From: Candidatus Kapaibacterium sp.
GTDB lineage: Bacteria; Bacteroidota; Ignavibacteria; Kapaibacteriales; Kapaibacteriaceae
Reading direction: 5' to 3'
DNA: 64,000 bases
NCBI GenBank assembly: GCA_038202665.1
Contig: JBBRES010000001.1
Coordinates: forward strand, 13,255 to 77,254
Shown here: positions 1 to 9,210 of the stretch, in pieces
Numbering within the stretch: position 1 is the first letter of the stretch
Layout of the letters: each line of letters opens with the position of its first letter
Translations under genes and position numbers: made by a program
Notes under the pieces: model-generated
Told to the model about the DNA's origin: nothing
Databases searched by the model: none
The model's input: only the letters and a program-made list of their open reading frames with translations

Positions 1-356
1 GGGTGATCCCGAACGTACGCGACGTGGAACCTCGGTACGACGAAGTACACCTAACCGAAGCCGATGGGCACGAAGCATTTCACACGGTGGTAGGGCCGCA
101 GGGTGCGGACTTTCCACTCTTCATTCATCAAGATGCCTACTTGAGTATTGTGCGGCTCGACGCAGGATCAACGGCAACGTATGCGTTGCGCGACGAGAAG
201 AATGGCACGTTTACATTTGTCATCGACGGTGATGTTTCTGCGAATGGCATCGCGCTTGCTCGACGTGATGCTGTTGGTATCACCGATGTTGCAACGGTTG
301 ATGTTGTTGCAAGTACGGCCTCCACCGTCATCACGATCGAGATACCAATGCTCTGA
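1..356 (+). CDS. pirin-family cupin protein, C-terminal part (5' end outside window)
   Basis: ORF runs off the window start. Its C-terminal region resembles a pirin C-terminal cupin domain. It is convergent with and overlaps the 3' end of the ATPase gene. Confidence 0.4.
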   Translation, partial: VIPNVRDVEPRYDEVHLTEADGHEAFHTVVGPQGADFPLFIHQDAYLSIVRLDAGSTATYALRDEKNGTFTFVIDGDVSANGIALARRDAVGITDVATVDVVASTASTVITIEIPML

Positions 357-3021
357 TCTTTTTTTCGATGGTGATCAGCACAATCACAACAATTCCAGAC
401 GCCATCACAAAGGCCCACTCGGTCCAACCGAGTGGAGCCGTGTGGAACCACGCCTGCATGAACGGTGCATACGTATAGAGCAACTGCAGCGCCATCATGA
501 GCACCGCTGCTCCCCATACATACATGTTGCTAAAGTAGCCTACGGTGTGCACTGGCTCTACGAGCGTCCTGCACGAAAACACGTACAACGTACTCATCAC
601 CACAAATGCATTCGAAGAAGCAGTGCGAGCTAACGCAAGCGTTTCTCCTTGAGCGAGTTCGAACAGGAAAATCGAGAACGAGCCGCACAACAGCAACAGC
701 CCTACGAAAATCGTTCTGAATAACAGTGCACTCGAGAGCAAAGGCTCCCCACGTCCACGTGGCTTCTTCCGCATGGCATTGGGTTGCAACGGCTCAAAGG
801 CAAGCGGCAGTCCTAAGATTACGGCGGTGGTCATATTGATCCACAGAATCTGCACGGGAAGAATTGGCAGCGCTACGTCAACGGCAATGGCAGCAACGAT
901 CACGAGGCCTTCGCCAATATTCGTAGGGATGGTCCAGACGATGAACTTCAAAAGATTGTCGAAGACAGTTCTGCCTTCTTCGACAGCGTGAACGATGGTG
1001 ATGAAGTTGTCGTCCGTAAGAACCATTGCGGCCGCGTCTTTCGCAACATCCGTTCCACTCTTCCCCATGGCAATACCAATGTCTGCCTTGCGAAGCGCAG
1101 GCGCATCGTTCACGCCATCGCCTGTCATGGCAACAACATGACCGTCTGCCTGGAGTGATTCTACAAGTCGGAGCTTTTGTTCGGGCGTGACGCGCGCGAA
1201 CACAGCCACTTCGCGAGCAGCAGTTGCGAATTCCTCTGCACTCATGGATCCGAGTTGCGTGCCCGTAAGAGCCACGAGTGTATCTCCGTCTCGCTTGCCG
1301 TGCAGTCCTAGTTGTCGTGCGATTGTCGCTGCCGTTACGGCATGATCTCCCGTAATCATTTTCACGGCTATGCCAGCTTGTAAACATTCTGCAATGGCAG
1401 CCTTTGCCTCTTCGCGAGGCGGATCAACCATAGCAACGAGTCCCAAAAACGTCATACCATCGGCGATCATTGAGATATCCATTGAAGACTGTCGTGAACT
1501 CATGCGCTTCTCTGCAAAGGCCAGCACGCGCAGACCGCCACCACTAAGAGCAAGCACCGTATCCATCACAACATCACGGTTCACATCAGAAGTGCACCGA
1601 GAAAGAACCGCCTCCACGCTGCCCTTCATGGCTACATACGAGCCCCCTTCTTCGTCGTGCAACGTTGCCATACATTGATTCTCCGATGAGAACGGGATTG
1701 CATCGATGTAAGGCCGATCTCGCAGTTCACTCTCGCGCGACATCGAACACTTCATACCGAGCACGATCAACGCCGACTCTGTTGGATCTCCGATTGCCAC
1801 CCACTCACCATCCACATTGCGCACGTCACTGGTGTTGCAAAGAATGGCGCTTCGAATCAATGCGCGTAGATCTTCATGTGGTTCCATCACTTCGCCGCGA
1901 GCATCCACGATACTGCCTTCGGGCAAATACCCTGTTCCGCTAACTGCAAGCACTTCGTCGCCCGAGAACACATTCACCACTGTCATTTGATTTTGCGTGA
2001 GAGTCCCAGTTTTATCACTACAAATCACCGTAGTGCTACCAAGTGTTTCGACGGCGGGGAGTCTTCGGATGATTGCTCTTCGCTTTGCCATACGACCAAC
2101 ACCAATGGCAAGAATAATCGTGACCGCTGCCGGGAGTCCCTCGGGAATGGCTCCTACACTAAGCGCCACGGCGGCCAAGACCATGTCGACGATCTTCTCG
2201 CCACGCATCAGCCCCACAGCCATGGTGACAGCGGCAAGACCAAGGATGCCTATCAACAGTCGCTTGCTGAAATGCTCAATGGTCTGCGTGAGTGGTGTTG
2301 TGAGCGACACAGTATTCGCGAGTAACACAGAGATCGTTCCCACTTCTGTGTGCGAGCCGGTTGCAACAACAACGCCAACAGCCGTTCCAGCAACGCAGAT
2401 CGTAGCAGCGTATGCCATGTTCGTTCTATCTGCTAGCACTGCTTCCGGCGCAATCGATCCTGTTGCTTTTTCCACGGCCACACTTTCGCCTGTAAGTGCA
2501 GCTTCTGCAATCCTACATTCGTGAACACGAAGCAAGCGAAGATCAGCTGGGATTTTGTCTCCAGAATCGATTTCAACAATATCACCCGGCACGAGTTCGG
2601 TGCTGGCAATCATTGTTCGCAGTCCACCTCGAATCACAGTACACTCCGTACCAATGCTCGTCGAAAGTGCAGTGAGAGCCTGCACGGCCTTGCCCTCTTG
2701 CACAAAGCCAATGATGGCATTGAGCAAGACCACGCCAATAATGACTCCAGCATCGGTTACGCCACCAAGTGCGGCAGAAACGCCGCCGCTGATAAGCAGA
2801 ATGATGATCAGTGGATTATTGAATTGCTGGAGAAAGCGAAGGATGGAAGAAGGTGGCGGGGCGTGCGGCAGGACATTGGCGCCATAGGTCGATCGACGAC
2901 GTTCCACTTCGTCTGTCGTGAGTCCACAAGCGGGTTGTACGCCGAGCTCCTTGGCGACCTCGTCTACTGAACGTGCATGCCACACGGTGGGTTGCTTCTT
3001 TGAATGGTCATCGTTGTTCAC
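331..3021 (-). CDS. P-type cation-transporting ATPase (P2-type, Ca2+/Mg2+-like)
   Basis: 896 aa. Carries the N-terminal cation ATPase domain, the phosphorylation motif CSDKTGTLT, the hinge motif TGDGVNDAPAL and 10 predicted TM segments. Confidence 0.9.
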   Translation of the reverse strand: MNNDDHSKKQPTVWHARSVDEVAKELGVQPACGLTTDEVERRRSTYGANVLPHAPPPSSILRFLQQFNNPLIIILLISGGVSAALGGVTDAGVIIGVVLLNAIIGFVQEGKAVQALTALSTSIGTECTVIRGGLRTMIASTELVPGDIVEIDSGDKIPADLRLLRVHECRIAEAALTGESVAVEKATGSIAPEAVLADRTNMAYAATICVAGTAVGVVVATGSHTEVGTISVLLANTVSLTTPLTQTIEHFSKRLLIGILGLAAVTMAVGLMRGEKIVDMVLAAVALSVGAIPEGLPAAVTIILAIGVGRMAKRRAIIRRLPAVETLGSTTVICSDKTGTLTQNQMTVVNVFSGDEVLAVSGTGYLPEGSIVDARGEVMEPHEDLRALIRSAILCNTSDVRNVDGEWVAIGDPTESALIVLGMKCSMSRESELRDRPYIDAIPFSSENQCMATLHDEEGGSYVAMKGSVEAVLSRCTSDVNRDVVMDTVLALSGGGLRVLAFAEKRMSSRQSSMDISMIADGMTFLGLVAMVDPPREEAKAAIAECLQAGIAVKMITGDHAVTAATIARQLGLHGKRDGDTLVALTGTQLGSMSAEEFATAAREVAVFARVTPEQKLRLVESLQADGHVVAMTGDGVNDAPALRKADIGIAMGKSGTDVAKDAAAMVLTDDNFITIVHAVEEGRTVFDNLLKFIVWTIPTNIGEGLVIVAAIAVDVALPILPVQILWINMTTAVILGLPLAFEPLQPNAMRKKPRGRGEPLLSSALLFRTIFVGLLLLCGSFSIFLFELAQGETLALARTASSNAFVVMSTLYVFSCRTLVEPVHTVGYFSNMYVWGAAVLMMALQLLYTYAPFMQAWFHTAPLGWTEWAFVMASGIVVIVLITIEKKIRALVSRS

Positions 3022-4523
3022 AGTGAAACTCCAACGGCCGCATTGATCGCATCTTCAAGCAGGAGTTCGTGTACTGCATTCATGTCTATGTATAGAATTC
3101 GATCTTCCGTCGCGAAGGGCACACGAGTGCGGATGCAAGCGATTACACGTTCAAGTGGTTCACTCGTTGTGAGTGGTCGGAGAAGATCGATCCCCTGCGC
3201 GGCGCAAAGCAACTCGATGGATACCACACGCTCTACATTTTGAACGATACGCCACAACTTCCGAGCTCCAATGCTGCCCATGGAGTTGTGGTCCTCTTGA
3301 TTGGCCGACGTGGGAATACTATCTACAGATGCGGGATGTGCGTACACTTTGTTTTCGCTCACCATAGATGCAGCCGTGTACTGAGCGATCATCATTCCGG
3401 AATGCAACCCACCATTGGGGGTAAGGAAGCGAGGCAGACCTCCAAGAGCGTGATTCACGAGGCGTTCTGTGCGACGCTCTGAGATGCTTGCCAGCTCTGC
3501 GACGGCAATTCCAAGAAAGTCGAGCACAAGTGCCACGGGTTGACCGTGAAAGTTTCCGCCTTCAACATGTGCATCATCCTCTGCAAATATCAAGGGATTG
3601 TCTGTCGCAGAATTCATTTCTCGCTCAATCACAGAGGCACAGTACTCCACGGTGTCACGTGTTGCACCGTGCACTTGTGGCATACATCGCAAGGAGTAGG
3701 CGTCTTGAACTCTCTCATCTCCCTCACGATGCGACGCGCGGATTGCACTGCCATGCATGAGTGAGCGCAGGTTCGTTGCAGATCGGATCTGTCCGGGATG
3801 AGGTCGTGCCTTGTGCAGGCGTGCGTCGAACGCGTTGTCTGTTCCACGAAGAGCGTCTGCCGAGAGTGCACCTGCGATGTCTGCTGCATCGCAAAGCCGC
3901 CTCGCGCGGTCCACAGCGAGTGCACCGTAGGCGCACATCATTTGCGTTCCGTTAATCAAGGCCAAGCCTTCTTTTGCAGCAAGGCGTACGGGTTCGATTC
4001 CATGTTCGCGCAGCACATCAGCTGCAGGTTTGCCGCCGATCTCTCCCTTTCCGATCAGTGCCAATGCTAGATGGGCCAGCGGTGCTAGGTCGCCGCTACT
4101 GCCCACACTTCCTTGCTCAGGAATCGTAGGGGTGATGCCGACGTTGATCATCGCAATAAGGGTGTCGAGCGTCGACAGACGTATGCCCGACAAGCCCTTT
4201 GCCAACGCATTCACGCGGAGGATCATCATGGCGCGCACGACTGCGTCTGGCAATGGGTCGCCCATACCAGCGCTATGACTGATGATCAAGTTTTCTTGTA
4301 AGTGTTCGACGTGCTCAGTTGGAATGAAGACGTTAGCAAACTCTCCAAAGCCCGTCGTCATTCCATAGACGATACGCCCCTCTGCAATCCAACGTTCAAC
4401 AGCATCCCTTGCTGTTTGAACGCGAACGCGCGATTCGGGAGTGAGACCAATCTGTGAAGTTGGATCGAGCGCAGCTGCTGCCAGCGCCTTGATCCCGAGT
4501 GTTGAGCCGTCTAGATAAAGCAT
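3018..4523 (-). CDS. hutH: histidine ammonia-lyase family (MIO-dependent lyase/aminomutase) enzyme
   Basis: 501 aa with HAL/PAL family similarity throughout. The MIO loop reads GSSGDLAPLAHLAL (Ser-Ser-Gly where Ala-Ser-Gly is usual). It overlaps the ATPase start by 4 nt. Confidence 0.8.
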   Translation of the reverse strand: MLYLDGSTLGIKALAAAALDPTSQIGLTPESRVRVQTARDAVERWIAEGRIVYGMTTGFGEFANVFIPTEHVEHLQENLIISHSAGMGDPLPDAVVRAMMILRVNALAKGLSGIRLSTLDTLIAMINVGITPTIPEQGSVGSSGDLAPLAHLALALIGKGEIGGKPAADVLREHGIEPVRLAAKEGLALINGTQMMCAYGALAVDRARRLCDAADIAGALSADALRGTDNAFDARLHKARPHPGQIRSATNLRSLMHGSAIRASHREGDERVQDAYSLRCMPQVHGATRDTVEYCASVIEREMNSATDNPLIFAEDDAHVEGGNFHGQPVALVLDFLGIAVAELASISERRTERLVNHALGGLPRFLTPNGGLHSGMMIAQYTAASMVSENKVYAHPASVDSIPTSANQEDHNSMGSIGARKLWRIVQNVERVVSIELLCAAQGIDLLRPLTTSEPLERVIACIRTRVPFATEDRILYIDMNAVHELLLEDAINAAVGVSL

Positions 4524-4531
4524 CTGCCAAT

Positions 4532-4984
4532 TTACAACGCAGGGTCTCGTGCTTCGAGGAATTCCTGAATGTTGGCCTTGAGCGGTAGTCCAAGCTTTTT
4601 ACGGATGGACATGCGATGCTTTTCGATGGCACGTGTGGTCACGCATTGGACGGCGGCTATTTGAGAGGATTTCAAGCCTGCATAGATGTACATACAGGTG
4701 AGCACTTCCGTCATCGTAAGCTCCGGAAACTGACTCCGGAGCTTACGAGAGAATTCGCTTGTGTATTCTTGGACTTGTTGTTCGATGGCCGTGAGATGGT
4801 CGAAGTCTCTGAGCTTCGACCTGATCTCGCGGGGTAAGACCGATAGTTCGGCCGTGATCTCTTGCGGAGACTGGAAGCGTAGTCCGTCGAGCCTGTCTGC
4901 TATCGACAAGAGAAACTCGCGCTTTCGCTGAATGTGCAGCGCAAGAAGCAGACGGTCATCGCTCGTGGTGTCTAACCTTCTCAC
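4532..4984 (-). CDS. LuxR/FixJ-type HTH transcriptional regulator (no receiver domain)
   Basis: C-terminal LuxR-type HTH (LTMTEVLTCMYIYAGLKSSQIAAVQCVTTRAIEKHRMSIRKKLGL). It sits between the ATP-grasp and HAL genes on the same strand. Confidence 0.6.
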   Translation of the reverse strand: MRRLDTTSDDRLLLALHIQRKREFLLSIADRLDGLRFQSPQEITAELSVLPREIRSKLRDFDHLTAIEQQVQEYTSEFSRKLRSQFPELTMTEVLTCMYIYAGLKSSQIAAVQCVTTRAIEKHRMSIRKKLGLPLKANIQEFLEARDPAL

Positions 4985-5925
4985 TTCTTCTTGTTTGTGG
5001 GACCCTTAAGCATGGAGCTCCACGAGTACTCCTGAGGAACGGCCCTACCCTGCTTGGCGCAGTCGATCAGGAACGTTGCTGTCGTGTCGAGTACCCATTC
5101 GAAGTTGTCTTCCTGGACCGAAGAACGTTCTGCATCGGGAGCACAATTCAAATAGTCGATGGCATACGGAATGCCGTCACGAACAGCGAACTCGATGGTG
5201 TTGAAGTCATAACCAAGCATGTTGCAAATACGCAAACACAGGTCCTTCAGCGTTGCCTCCATGGCTGGCGTGGGCGCAAAGTCTGCCTGATAGCGCAAGT
5301 GATGCGGATTGCGCGGCTCGTACGGCATGATGTGCACGTATTTGCGGCCGATGCAGTAGCAGCGATAGTATTCCGTGAATTCGATGCCTTCTTGCAAGGT
5401 CATCACAATGTTCGATGTTTCGGAGTATGCAGCGAAGAACTCTTCTACGTTGTTCACCTTATACACGTGCTTCCATCCGCCACCATCATATGGTTTCAGA
5501 TACGACGGGAATCCAACATAGTTGAATATCTCTTCCCAATTCAAGGGGAACATCAGATTGCGAAACGAATCGCTTGTGGTATCGGGTGGGTTCTCTTTGC
5601 TTGGCAGTAGCACAGTCTTGGGGACGGGTATTCCGGCCTTCTGTGCAATAGCATAGTTGAAGAACTTGTCGTCTGCGCTCCACCAAAATGGATTATTGAT
5701 GATGCGCACGCCATTCAATGCGGCAACCTTGAGCATTGCCCGGTAGAAGGGCACGTCTTGCGAAATCCGATCCAAGATCACATCGTATTCGAAGAGCTGA
5801 TCTAATGTGATGCCGCCAATCTTGACGAACTCGGCCATGACGCCTTGATCGCGACTATTGATCGCCTCGACCAATGCAGGTGGAAAGGATTGTTCCATTC
5901 CGAAAAGCAAGCCAACCTTTTTCAT
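4981..5925 (-). CDS. ATP-grasp domain protein
   Basis: 314 aa with an ATP-grasp-like fold signature. Its stop overlaps the LuxR gene start by 4 nt. Confidence 0.5.
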   Translation of the reverse strand: MKKVGLLFGMEQSFPPALVEAINSRDQGVMAEFVKIGGITLDQLFEYDVILDRISQDVPFYRAMLKVAALNGVRIINNPFWWSADDKFFNYAIAQKAGIPVPKTVLLPSKENPPDTTSDSFRNLMFPLNWEEIFNYVGFPSYLKPYDGGGWKHVYKVNNVEEFFAAYSETSNIVMTLQEGIEFTEYYRCYCIGRKYVHIMPYEPRNPHHLRYQADFAPTPAMEATLKDLCLRICNMLGYDFNTIEFAVRDGIPYAIDYLNCAPDAERSSVQEDNFEWVLDTTATFLIDCAKQGRAVPQEYSWSSMLKGPTNKKK

Positions 5926-6000
5926 GGTAACCCCAAGGATATGCGTGAATGCGCTGTTGAAAATTTTGTGTAGGAGGTCGTGCGAATATAGGCAGGTTGT

Positions 6001-6741
6001 TCACTCGCCAAGGTAGCCGTGAACCGTAAGCAAGCTCATATCGGCCGTTGCCGTGGTAAAGGCCGCAAATGTGGGCTCCGTTCCAAGCCAATGTCCGAGG
6101 TTGACGTACAGACCACGTCCGATCTGTTCCTCTGCGGCAATGTGACGGTGACCCATCACAACCACATCAAACCCCTCGGCAATGCGTTCTGCTGCGAAAT
6201 CACGGATGCCGTCTGTAGTACCGAAGTCTTTCCTATCCGTGTATTCCCTGCTACCCTCGGAGGTGCCAGAGGCAAGCCCTATTCCTAGGTCGGGATGCAA
6301 AACACGGTACACCCACTGCGCAAAGGGATTGCGAAGCACCGTGCGCAACATGAGATACCCCATGTCGTTGTGGGCTTTTCCGTCTCCATGCGAGATATAG
6401 AACAGCTTCTCACCCAGGCGCACCGATACGTCGCCCGTAATCACTTGCAGACCCAACTCCTCTTCGAAGTAGGTGTAATGCCCGAAGTCGTGGTTGCCCA
6501 TCAGGTACGTCATGGGTACGCCAGCATCTCGAAGGTTATGAAGGGCGGCAAGGGTGCGCACGTGACGTCGGGGGACAACGGTTTTATAGTCAAACCAGTA
6601 GTCAAACAGGTCGCCCACGATAAAAACGTGCGCCGCGTCGCGAGAAAGTCGGTCCAGCAACCTCAGCAGCAACCGCTCCCGCTCTCGGTCTGCCTCCGGC
6701 TTCCCGAAGCCCAAGTGGACGTCGGACAAGAAGTAGACCAT
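6001..6741 (-). CDS. LpxH-like metallophosphoesterase (UDP-2,3-diacylglucosamine hydrolase family)
   Basis: Calcineurin-like motifs DVHLG, GDLFDYW and GNHDF are present. The start was chosen at the Met giving MVYFLSDVHLG. The ORF extends further upstream, to 6852. Confidence 0.6.
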   Translation of the reverse strand: MVYFLSDVHLGFGKPEADRERERLLLRLLDRLSRDAAHVFIVGDLFDYWFDYKTVVPRRHVRTLAALHNLRDAGVPMTYLMGNHDFGHYTYFEEELGLQVITGDVSVRLGEKLFYISHGDGKAHNDMGYLMLRTVLRNPFAQWVYRVLHPDLGIGLASGTSEGSREYTDRKDFGTTDGIRDFAAERIAEGFDVVVMGHRHIAAEEQIGRGLYVNLGHWLGTEPTFAAFTTATADMSLLTVHGYLGE

Positions 6742-6869
6742 GGGGCCACGCGTCAGATCAAGGCTGAGCGATGTAAGGGAAACAACCGGTTCAAGCATAT
6801 ATGGACGAAAATAGACCCCTTTCCCCTTTCCCCTTTCACTTTCCTCCTTCACCTGTATCTTTGTTCACC

Positions 6870-7682
6870 ATGAATCCCTCCATTCGCAAACGCGTGACCA
6901 CTCGCAGAGTGATCGAAATGAAGCGGGCCGGCGAGCCGATCGCCTGCCTTACGGCATACGATGCCATGACGGCAGCGTTGTTCGATACGGCGGGGATTGA
7001 TGTAATACTTGTGGGAGACTCCGTAGGGAACGTTGTGCAGGGTCATGAGACCACGCTCCCGGTCACCCTCGAACACATGATCTACCACACGCAGGCAGTG
7101 ATGCGCGGAAATCTCCACGCACTCATCGTCACAGACATGCCGTTTATGTCGTACCAAGTCACCCCTCAAGAGGCTTTCCGCAACGCAGGAAGGATCATGA
7201 AGGAGGCAGGGAGCGGGGCCGTGAAGCTCGAGGGTGGACAGCGTGTTCTCGACGCGGTGCGTATGATGACCGACAGTGGCATTCCGGTGATGGGTCATCT
7301 TGGCCTTACCCCTCAGAGCATCCATCAGTTTGGTTCCTACAAGCAACGTGGCACTTCCGAAGAAGAGGCAGACACAATCAAGCGGGATGCCGTTGCCTTG
7401 CAAGAGGCTGGGGCGTTTGCCGTTGTGTTGGAGAAGATTCCGGCAACGCTTGCCGCAATTGTCACGTCGATGGTAGATATACCAACGATTGGCATTGGCG
7501 CTGGCACGGCGTGTGACGGACAGATTCTTGTGTGGACCGATATGTTGGGCATGAGTACCGAGTTTCGTCCGCGCTTCGTACGTCGGTACGCAGAGTTGCA
7601 CGACGTGATCACGTCGGCCGTAGCCGCCTATGTAGAAGATGTTCGTGAGCGTCGGTTCCCAGACACCGAGGAAAGCTATTGA
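6870..7682 (+). CDS. panB: 3-methyl-2-oxobutanoate hydroxymethyltransferase
   Basis: PanB family similarity (MKRAGEPIACLTAYDA...ILVGDSVGNVV). The start was taken at MNPSIRKR. Confidence 0.9.
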   Translation: MNPSIRKRVTTRRVIEMKRAGEPIACLTAYDAMTAALFDTAGIDVILVGDSVGNVVQGHETTLPVTLEHMIYHTQAVMRGNLHALIVTDMPFMSYQVTPQEAFRNAGRIMKEAGSGAVKLEGGQRVLDAVRMMTDSGIPVMGHLGLTPQSIHQFGSYKQRGTSEEEADTIKRDAVALQEAGAFAVVLEKIPATLAAIVTSMVDIPTIGIGAGTACDGQILVWTDMLGMSTEFRPRFVRRYAELHDVITSAVAAYVEDVRERRFPDTEESY

Positions 7683-8074
7683 TGCGCTTTCTGATGTGGG
7701 CTGGTACGTTGTGTGGCATCGTCGGACTTTCCGCGTGCTCGTCGCAACCAACGATCTCCGATCCCTCGCAAGTGGTGTTTCCGGACAGTGGGGTAAGCTA
7801 TCGCGCTACGGTTCAGCCCTTTATGACGGTAACCTGTGCGTTCTCTCAATGCCACGGAGAGGTGAGCCCTGCCGGTGGCATACGATTGAATGATTACACA
7901 GGAATCTTATTCAGTCGTGGTAATCTTGCCGTTCCTGGAAAACCTGACGAGAGTTTGATCATTCAAGTCTTAGACAAACGCGTCGCCCACGGCGTAGGCC
8001 TTTTGGATCGCGTGAATGCAAACCATTACGCCGGTATGCGTCGCTGGATTTCTGAAGGCGCATTGAACAATTGA
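7682..8074 (+). CDS. lipoprotein with PSCyt1-like (planctomycete cytochrome c-like) domain and atypical CX4CH heme motif
   Basis: Lipobox LSAC. The motif CAFSQCHG is followed by GGIRLNDY...PGKPDESLIIQVL, typical of PSCyt1 domains. The ATG overlaps the panB stop (TGATG). Confidence 0.5.
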   Translation: MRFLMWAGTLCGIVGLSACSSQPTISDPSQVVFPDSGVSYRATVQPFMTVTCAFSQCHGEVSPAGGIRLNDYTGILFSRGNLAVPGKPDESLIIQVLDKRVAHGVGLLDRVNANHYAGMRRWISEGALNN

Positions 8075-8102
8075 GAACACGGATTTTTTTACGGAGTCAT
8101 TC

Positions 8103-9122
8103 ATGAAGTCTCTACAATCGTTGGCCATCCTTGCCACCCTCGCTTTTTTTGTGGTATCGTGTTCAAAGCATGGCACACCAACGCCGGTGGACGGACTCAC
8201 GGTATACACGGACCAGGTGCGCGACTTTTCGGTGAAAACGCCCGCGGGTTGGTTTACGCAAAAAGTGCCGGGTGAATTGATCGTGGTGCATTCTTCGAAA
8301 GAAGGCGCACGTCGGTTCATGAACTACGGCAAAGGTCCGGCTGGATGTAGAATCGAATACCGTGTGATTCGCTTGGATTCCACGCGTACGATCGACACAC
8401 TTATCCAACGCAGCAAGCTTGAGTTCGAAGACAATCTTCCGCGTGGAACCGTAACCGCCACAACGTTTGCCGGCTCGCCTGCGAAAAAACTCACCTTGGA
8501 GTTTGAGCAAGAAGACGGGACCTTTAAGTCCGAGGCCTATTTCGTACAAAAGGATTCTTTGGTGACCATGCTGTACTTCGGCGCCTTTGGCAGCACGTAC
8601 AAGGACTACGCGTCGACGTTTGACGAGATCTTGAAATCCGCATCGATTGCCAAGGATCGTCCGAAGGTAGAAGTGAAGAAGGACACGGCGGCTCCACGCG
8701 GACCTGAGCCGCCATCAGATACGTTGCGCAATTACAGCGCGCCGGAATTCTCTATGGATATTCCACAAAACTTCCAAGGAACGAAGTCATCCTCTGCCGG
8801 CGTGATCTCGTCGGTAAACATGGTTGGCTCTCGCTTCGACTGTAATATTCAGGTAGACGTCTTCGATGCATCAAAGCAGAGCAACCTCGACAAGATCATC
8901 GATCAGAACAAGGCAAAGTATGGTTCGTCGCCGAGCAACACGAACCTTGGTGGCCAGAAGGCAGCATACTTTACGTATGGCGGCGGACAGGTGTCGAGTC
9001 GTGCGTACTTTGCCGTGAAAGGCAATCGCATGTTCCGTGTTACGGTAAACATCTACAAGCCGGATCAAGGTGTGTATCAACCGATCTTCGACAAGTGTCT
9101 CGGCTCGTTCAAGATGAAATGA
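8103..9122 (+). CDS. hypothetical lipoprotein (two internal repeats of a PsbP/DUF1795-like domain)
   Basis: Signal peptide with lipobox VVSC. The two halves are internally similar. A hairpin lies about 50 bp downstream. Confidence 0.45.
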   Translation: MKSLQSLAILATLAFFVVSCSKHGTPTPVDGLTVYTDQVRDFSVKTPAGWFTQKVPGELIVVHSSKEGARRFMNYGKGPAGCRIEYRVIRLDSTRTIDTLIQRSKLEFEDNLPRGTVTATTFAGSPAKKLTLEFEQEDGTFKSEAYFVQKDSLVTMLYFGAFGSTYKDYASTFDEILKSASIAKDRPKVEVKKDTAAPRGPEPPSDTLRNYSAPEFSMDIPQNFQGTKSSSAGVISSVNMVGSRFDCNIQVDVFDASKQSNLDKIIDQNKAKYGSSPSNTNLGGQKAAYFTYGGGQVSSRAYFAVKGNRMFRVTVNIYKPDQGVYQPIFDKCLGSFKMK

Positions 9123-9210
9123 CGTTCTTCACAGCTATGTAACGAAAAGCGCCTCGTCGGTCTTTACTGACGAGGCGTAGTCACTTGAACACTCACCCCT
9201 TCCCAGATAA

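Noticed and set aside
1997-2524. Numerous 60-180-aa ORFs antisense or out of frame inside large genes (e.g. 1997..2524, 878..1387, 13955..14308, 20577..20996, 38413..39132, 47908..48792)
   Set aside because: These are shadow ORFs, typical of GC-rich coding DNA. Each lies wholly within a well-supported gene on the other strand or frame and has no recognisable family.
9150-9180. Hairpin CGCCTCGTC-N10-GACGAGGCG after the 8103..9122 lipoprotein gene as a terminator
   Set aside because: The stem is good but there is no downstream T-tract and the next gene follows within 40 bp on the same strand. It is more likely an intra-operon structure, so I did not call it as a terminator.
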